Positions 59,698-64,000 of a DNA stretch of 64,000 nucleotides are shown here, one piece after another. The notes under the pieces are model-generated. The model was not told the DNA's origin. It searched no databases and worked only from the letters and a program-made list of their open reading frames with translations. Each line of letters opens with the position of its first letter. Position 1 is the stretch's first letter. The position numbers were made by a program, and so were the translations under genes. Source of the stretch: an uncultured SAR86 cluster bacterium (GTDB lineage Bacteria; Pseudomonadota; Gammaproteobacteria; Magnimaribacterales; D2472); the NCBI GenBank assembly GCA_902520725.1, contig CABYPB010000006.1, forward strand, positions 8,310 to 72,309, given 5' to 3'.

Positions 59698-62127
59698 ATG
59701 CATAAATTAATAAAAATTTCGTTTTTTTCAGGCATATTTTTATGCATAACTGCAATATTAGTGATCTTAGCTACTTATATTTATATAAAACCAGATTTAC
59801 CTGAAATTAGTCTTGTAGATGAATCTGAACTTCAAATGCCACTAAAAGTTTTTACTAAAGATGGAAAACTTATTGGTGAATTTGGCGAAATTAAAAGAAG
59901 GGCTACTAATTATGAGGAAATACCAAAAGATATAAAAAATGCTTTTCTTGCAGCAGAAGATGATAATTTTTTTAATCACCAAGGCATAAGTTATAAAGGT
60001 TTAATAAGATCCTTTATAAGATGTCTTAGGCCTAATGGTTGTGAGGGAGGAGGAGGAACAATCACTATGCAAGTTGTTAGAGGCTATCTTCTAACCAGAG
60101 ATCAAACAGTCATAAGAAAAATAAAAGAAATTTTTTTAGCACTTGAGCTTGAAGGAATATCTAACAAAGAAGAAATCTTTGAACTATATGTAAACAGAAT
60201 TTTTTTAGGAAATAGGTCTTATGGAATAGAGGCTGCATCCAATACATATTTTGATAAAGGGCTGGAAGATTTGACTCTAAGCGAGTCAGCAACAATTGCT
60301 GCTCTGGCTCAGTTACCTTCAAGAGTCAATCCTGTTAAAGATAAAAGAAGGACCACTCAAAGAAGAAATTGGATTCTTTCAAGAATGTTATTACTAAACT
60401 ATATTGATAAAACTGAATTCAATGAAGCCATATCTCAAGAAATAAAAATTGCTCAAAACATTAATTTATATGATATAGATGCTAATCATATTGCAGAAAT
60501 TGCAAGACAAGAAATCATTAAAAGGTATGGCCTAAGAGCATACAAAGAAGGTTGGTCGGTTATAACAACTATTGATTCAAATTCACAAAAGATAGCAAAA
60601 AAATCTATGATGGAACAATTATTTGATTATGACAAAAGGCATGGCTGGAGAGAGCCAACTAACTATGAAATGCTTTTTAGCTCATCACAGAAAGAATCAC
60701 TTAAAAATTTAAATTTAGAATTTATAACTAGCGAAAACTATATCGATAATGAGGATTTATCCAAAAATAATATTTCAAATATATTATCAACAATATTTAA
60801 CAATCATTCATATTTCAAAAATTATGTTAAAGCATTAGTTATTAATGTTTCTGATGAAAAAATAGTTCTAATTGATGAAAACTTTGAAATTAAAAAAGTT
60901 GATTGGTCAAATGAATATAACTGGGCAAAAAAAAGAGTATCAATAAATAATTATGGACAAAGGCCTAATAGTTTTTTTGACCTTGTCGATTTTGGCGATT
61001 TTGTTTATTTGAAAGATAATGAGAGTTTTTTTATTCTTGAGCAGATCCCAATTGCTGAAAGCTCTTTAATATCATTAAACCCAAATACAGGTGAAGTAAT
61101 TGCTTATTTAGGCGGTAAGAATTTTTATCAAAGTAGTTTTGATAGAGTTAAGCTTTCATATCCACAGTCTGGTTCAAGCTTTAAACCATTTATATACTCG
61201 GCTGCTCTTAACAATGGATATAATCTATCTACACTAGTTAATGACGCGCCTGTTGTCTTTGAAGATGATAATCTTGAAACTGCTTGGAGACCTCAAAATT
61301 ATACTGGTGAGTTTTATGGACCTATATCTATAAGAGAGGCATTAACAAAATCAGTTAATATTGTTTCAATAAAATTGTTGAGAGAGCTAGGAATTGAAAA
61401 ATCTCATAATTATCTAGAAAAATTTGGATTTAAAAAATCTAGACTACCAAATGATCTTTCATTAGCGTTAGGTTCTGGAAATTTTTCACCTTTAGAAATG
61501 GCTAGAGCTTATAGCGTTATTACAAATAATGGTTTTGTACCAGATATTTATTTTATTGAAAGAATAGAGGATAGGTTTGGAAATATTATTTTTTCATATA
61601 GTGACTATGATATTCAAACAGATATAAATGCTTTTCCATGGTTGGATACTTTAGAAATGAATATTAAAAAACCTTATTATCTTATTGAGACAATTGGCAA
61701 TGGTGAAAATGTTATTGATGAGAGGATTGCGTTTTTGATGAAGGATGTTCTAAGAGGATTTATGAAAAATGGTGTAGCAGGAAGAAAATCTGCTTTTCTT
61801 GAAAGAGATGATATTGGTGGGAAAACTGGAACAACAAATGATTCTGTTAGTACATGGTTTTCAGGATTTCATAATGATCTTGTTACAACGGTATGGGTTG
61901 GAACTGATGATTTTTCATCTTTAGGTGAAAAAGAGTATGGCTCAACAATTGCGCTACCCATATGGCTAAATTACATGGATTTTAAACTTAAAACATTGAA
62001 AAATTCTGAAGACCTGATTCCAGAAAAAATTTCATTTGAAAGAGTAAATAAATCTACTGGTGAAATAGACATCAAATCTAAAGATAATTTTTATTTTGAA
62101 TTATTTTTAGAAGAAAATGCAAACTAG
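59698..62127 (+). CDS. mrcA: Penicillin-binding protein 1A (bifunctional glycosyltransferase/transpeptidase)
   Basis: The GT51 motifs are 'AAEDDNFFNHQGI' and 'GGGTITMQ'. The transpeptidase motifs are 'SGSSFKP', 'SVN' and 'KTGTTND'. Confidence 0.93.
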   Translation: MHKLIKISFFSGIFLCITAILVILATYIYIKPDLPEISLVDESELQMPLKVFTKDGKLIGEFGEIKRRATNYEEIPKDIKNAFLAAEDDNFFNHQGISYKGLIRSFIRCLRPNGCEGGGGTITMQVVRGYLLTRDQTVIRKIKEIFLALELEGISNKEEIFELYVNRIFLGNRSYGIEAASNTYFDKGLEDLTLSESATIAALAQLPSRVNPVKDKRRTTQRRNWILSRMLLLNYIDKTEFNEAISQEIKIAQNINLYDIDANHIAEIARQEIIKRYGLRAYKEGWSVITTIDSNSQKIAKKSMMEQLFDYDKRHGWREPTNYEMLFSSSQKESLKNLNLEFITSENYIDNEDLSKNNISNILSTIFNNHSYFKNYVKALVINVSDEKIVLIDENFEIKKVDWSNEYNWAKKRVSINNYGQRPNSFFDLVDFGDFVYLKDNESFFILEQIPIAESSLISLNPNTGEVIAYLGGKNFYQSSFDRVKLSYPQSGSSFKPFIYSAALNNGYNLSTLVNDAPVVFEDDNLETAWRPQNYTGEFYGPISIREALTKSVNIVSIKLLRELGIEKSHNYLEKFGFKKSRLPNDLSLALGSGNFSPLEMARAYSVITNNGFVPDIYFIERIEDRFGNIIFSYSDYDIQTDINAFPWLDTLEMNIKKPYYLIETIGNGENVIDERIAFLMKDVLRGFMKNGVAGRKSAFLERDDIGGKTGTTNDSVSTWFSGFHNDLVTTVWVGTDDFSSLGEKEYGSTIALPIWLNYMDFKLKTLKNSEDLIPEKISFERVNKSTGEIDIKSKDNFYFELFLEENAN

Positions 62128-62693
62128 TTTTTAAATATACTTATTGAAAGAAGCTCCCAGACATTTTCAATATAAGTTGATGGAGAAACTTTAAATTTAG
62201 ATCTTATATATCTTCCAATATTACCTTCGATTGCTGTGACTATTAATTGGGCAGAAATTCCAGGCTGTGTTGTTAAATTTGATGAATCTTCTTTAAGGAT
62301 TTGTCTCAACATTAGCTCAAATCTTTCATAAAACTGATTAACACTATCTGAAACATTTTGTTCATTAGCTGAAAGCGCTTCTCTAGATAACAATCTCGCA
62401 AAACCTTTGTTTTTCTCAACAAAGAGCATAAAAAAGATGAAGGCATTCTTAGTTTTATCTTTCGCACTCATTTTACTTTTTTTAAGTTCATTGCATTTAA
62501 CAAAGATTGCATCGTCACAAAATGAAAATAATTCAGCATATATTGATCTTTTGCTTGGAAAATGTCTGTATAACGCTGCTTCAGTAATACCAGATTTTTC
62601 AGCTAACAAAGCAGTTGTTATTTTAGAGAGATTTCTTTCCTCAAGCATGCTAGCTAAAGATTGTAAAATAATGTTTTTTCTATCTTTTTTCAT
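62124..62693 (-). CDS. slmA: Nucleoid occlusion factor SlmA (TetR fold)
   Basis: '[11 protein letters not shown]...[24 protein letters not shown]' is nearly colinear with E. coli SlmA '[35 protein letters not shown]'. Confidence 0.85.
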   Translation of the reverse strand: [189 protein letters not shown]

Positions 62694-62696
62694 TCT

Positions 62697-64000
62697 TCAT
62701 ACTAAATTTATATCAATATCAGGACAAATGCGAGAAAGTTCATTTAGAAAATCATCTTTTATCTGATTCAGATCATCAATTGAATCACCTTCAAACCTTA
62801 AAACTAATTTAGGAGTTGTATTTGAAGCCCTTAATAATCCCCAGCCGTTATCAAAGCTTATTCTTAGTCCATCGATTGTAATTTTTTCGCCATTTAATGA
62901 ACATTGCTCAGAGAAGTCTTCAATTATTTTAAATTTTTTATCATCAGCCGTATCTATATTTAGTTCAGGAGTTGAATAAAGCAAGGGTAGCTCATTTTCT
63001 AATTCTGATATTGATCTATTATTTTTTGAAATAAGTTCAATAATTCTTGCTCCGGAGTAATGACCATCATCAAATCCATACCACTTATCATTAAAAAAAA
63101 TATGTCCGCTCATTTCTCCAGCAAGCAAGGGATCATATTTTTTTATATTATTTTTGATATGAAAATGACCAGTAGGAGACATGATTGGCTCTCCTCCATT
63201 GTCACTAATAATATCTGCTAGAGAATTACTGCATTTAACATCAAAAATTATAGATCCTTTTTTTGTTGCAAGAATATCTTTGCTAAGCAGCATCATGATT
63301 TTATCTGGAAATACTATTTTCCCAAGATTTGTAACAAGTCCAACTCTATCCCCATCTCCATCAAATGCTAATCCTAAATCAGCTTTAGTCTCCTCTACTT
63401 TTGATATTAAATCACTAAGATTTTCTATCTTTCCAGGATCAGGATGATGATTAGGAAAATTTCCGTCAACTTCACTAAAAAGCTCAATAACTTCACACCC
63501 AAGTTTTTTAAATAATTGTGGTGCTATACAACCAGCTGCACCATTTCCACAATCAATAACAACTTTAATTTTTGAATTTATATGAATATTTTTTTTAACT
63601 TCTTGAATATATTCTTCTCTAATGTCTATAAAAGTTATTTGACCAGGATCTTCGCTAAACGATTTTTCTTTATCTATAAGTTGAAGGATTTCAATACCTG
63701 AAACAGGCTTATCATTAATAACGAGCTTTACTCCATTATAATTTTTTGGATTATGACTTCCTGTAATCATTATTCCGCTTTTGTACTTGTTTTTCTTTGC
63801 TGCAAAATAAAGTAATGGAGTGCTTGTAAGACCGATATTAATTACATTGATTCCAAAATTAGATAAAGAAATAGATAATGAATCAAGTAAACTTTCACCA
63901 GACAGTCTTCCATCTCTACCAATACATATTTCAGAGATATCTTCATTAATACATTTTATTGATATAGCCTTAGCAATTTGATTAATAATATCCTCATTTA
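62697..64000 (-). CDS. Phosphomannomutase/phosphoglucomutase (AlgC/ManB family), 5' end outside the window
   Basis: It has the active-site loop 'MITGSHNP' and the metal loop 'FDGDGDR'. I checked that the frame stays open upstream of the track's Met to position 64000, reading '..GRDGRLSGESL..GLTSTPLLYFAA..'. Confidence 0.9.
   Translation of the reverse strand, partial: NEDIINQIAKAISIKCINEDISEICIGRDGRLSGESLLDSLSISLSNFGINVINIGLTSTPLLYFAAKKNKYKSGIMITGSHNPKNYNGVKLVINDKPVSGIEILQLIDKEKSFSEDPGQITFIDIREEYIQEVKKNIHINSKIKVVIDCGNGAAGCIAPQLFKKLGCEVIELFSEVDGNFPNHHPDPGKIENLSDLISKVEETKADLGLAFDGDGDRVGLVTNLGKIVFPDKIMMLLSKDILATKKGSIIFDVKCSNSLADIISDNGGEPIMSPTGHFHIKNNIKKYDPLLAGEMSGHIFFNDKWYGFDDGHYSGARIIELISKNNRSISELENELPLLYSTPELNIDTADDKKFKIIEDFSEQCSLNGEKITIDGLRISFDNGWGLLRASNTTPKLVLRFEGDSIDDLNQIKDDFLNELSRICPDIDINLV

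Noticed and set aside
62407-62766. A 119-aa plus-strand ORF.
   Set aside because: It lies antisense to slmA and the phosphomannomutase 3' end, both of which have clear homology. It has no RBS.

Overview
This is an AT-rich, tightly packed chromosomal segment with about 60 protein genes and 2 tRNAs. It contains no rRNA, CRISPR array, transposase or integrase. The gene content and local gene order look gammaproteobacterial: fis-purH-purD, gshB-tonB-ruvX, dnaG-rpoD, aroK-aroB/gltBD/hemE, ponA and slmA. The short intergenic spacers, many overlapping start/stop codons and several TonB-dependent receptors suggest a streamlined marine lineage. SAR86-like is only a guess. Recognisable blocks are as follows. 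(1) Housekeeping genes: trpC 3' end, purD/purH/fis, coq7, rsmE, gshB, ruvX, dnaG, rpoD, hflX, hemE, gltB/gltD, aroB/aroK, PBP1A, slmA, and a phosphomannomutase open at the window end. (2) Iron and haem acquisition: a HugZ-like/hmuVUT operon divergent from a haem-type TonB-dependent receptor with a Fur box between them, a second Fur-boxed TonB-dependent receptor, and a P19/FtrA-like periplasmic iron protein. (3) Oxidative-stress and metal genes: katG, a DUF305-LVIVD fusion, and three DoxX paralogs. (4) An orphan CobS/CobT-like AAA+/VWA pair next to a di-iron oxygenase. The most interesting unexplained region is a six-gene, co-directional, tightly coupled operon at 30891-37122, between tRNA-Ala(TGC) and katG. 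All six products carry Sec-type signal peptides and none resembles an enzyme, ATPase or transporter. Several contain LPP20/FlgP-like and CsgG/FlgO/FlgT-like sequence signatures, which points to an undescribed periplasmic or outer-membrane assembly. All functional calls rest on motif-level reading of the supplied translations. No database search was possible.
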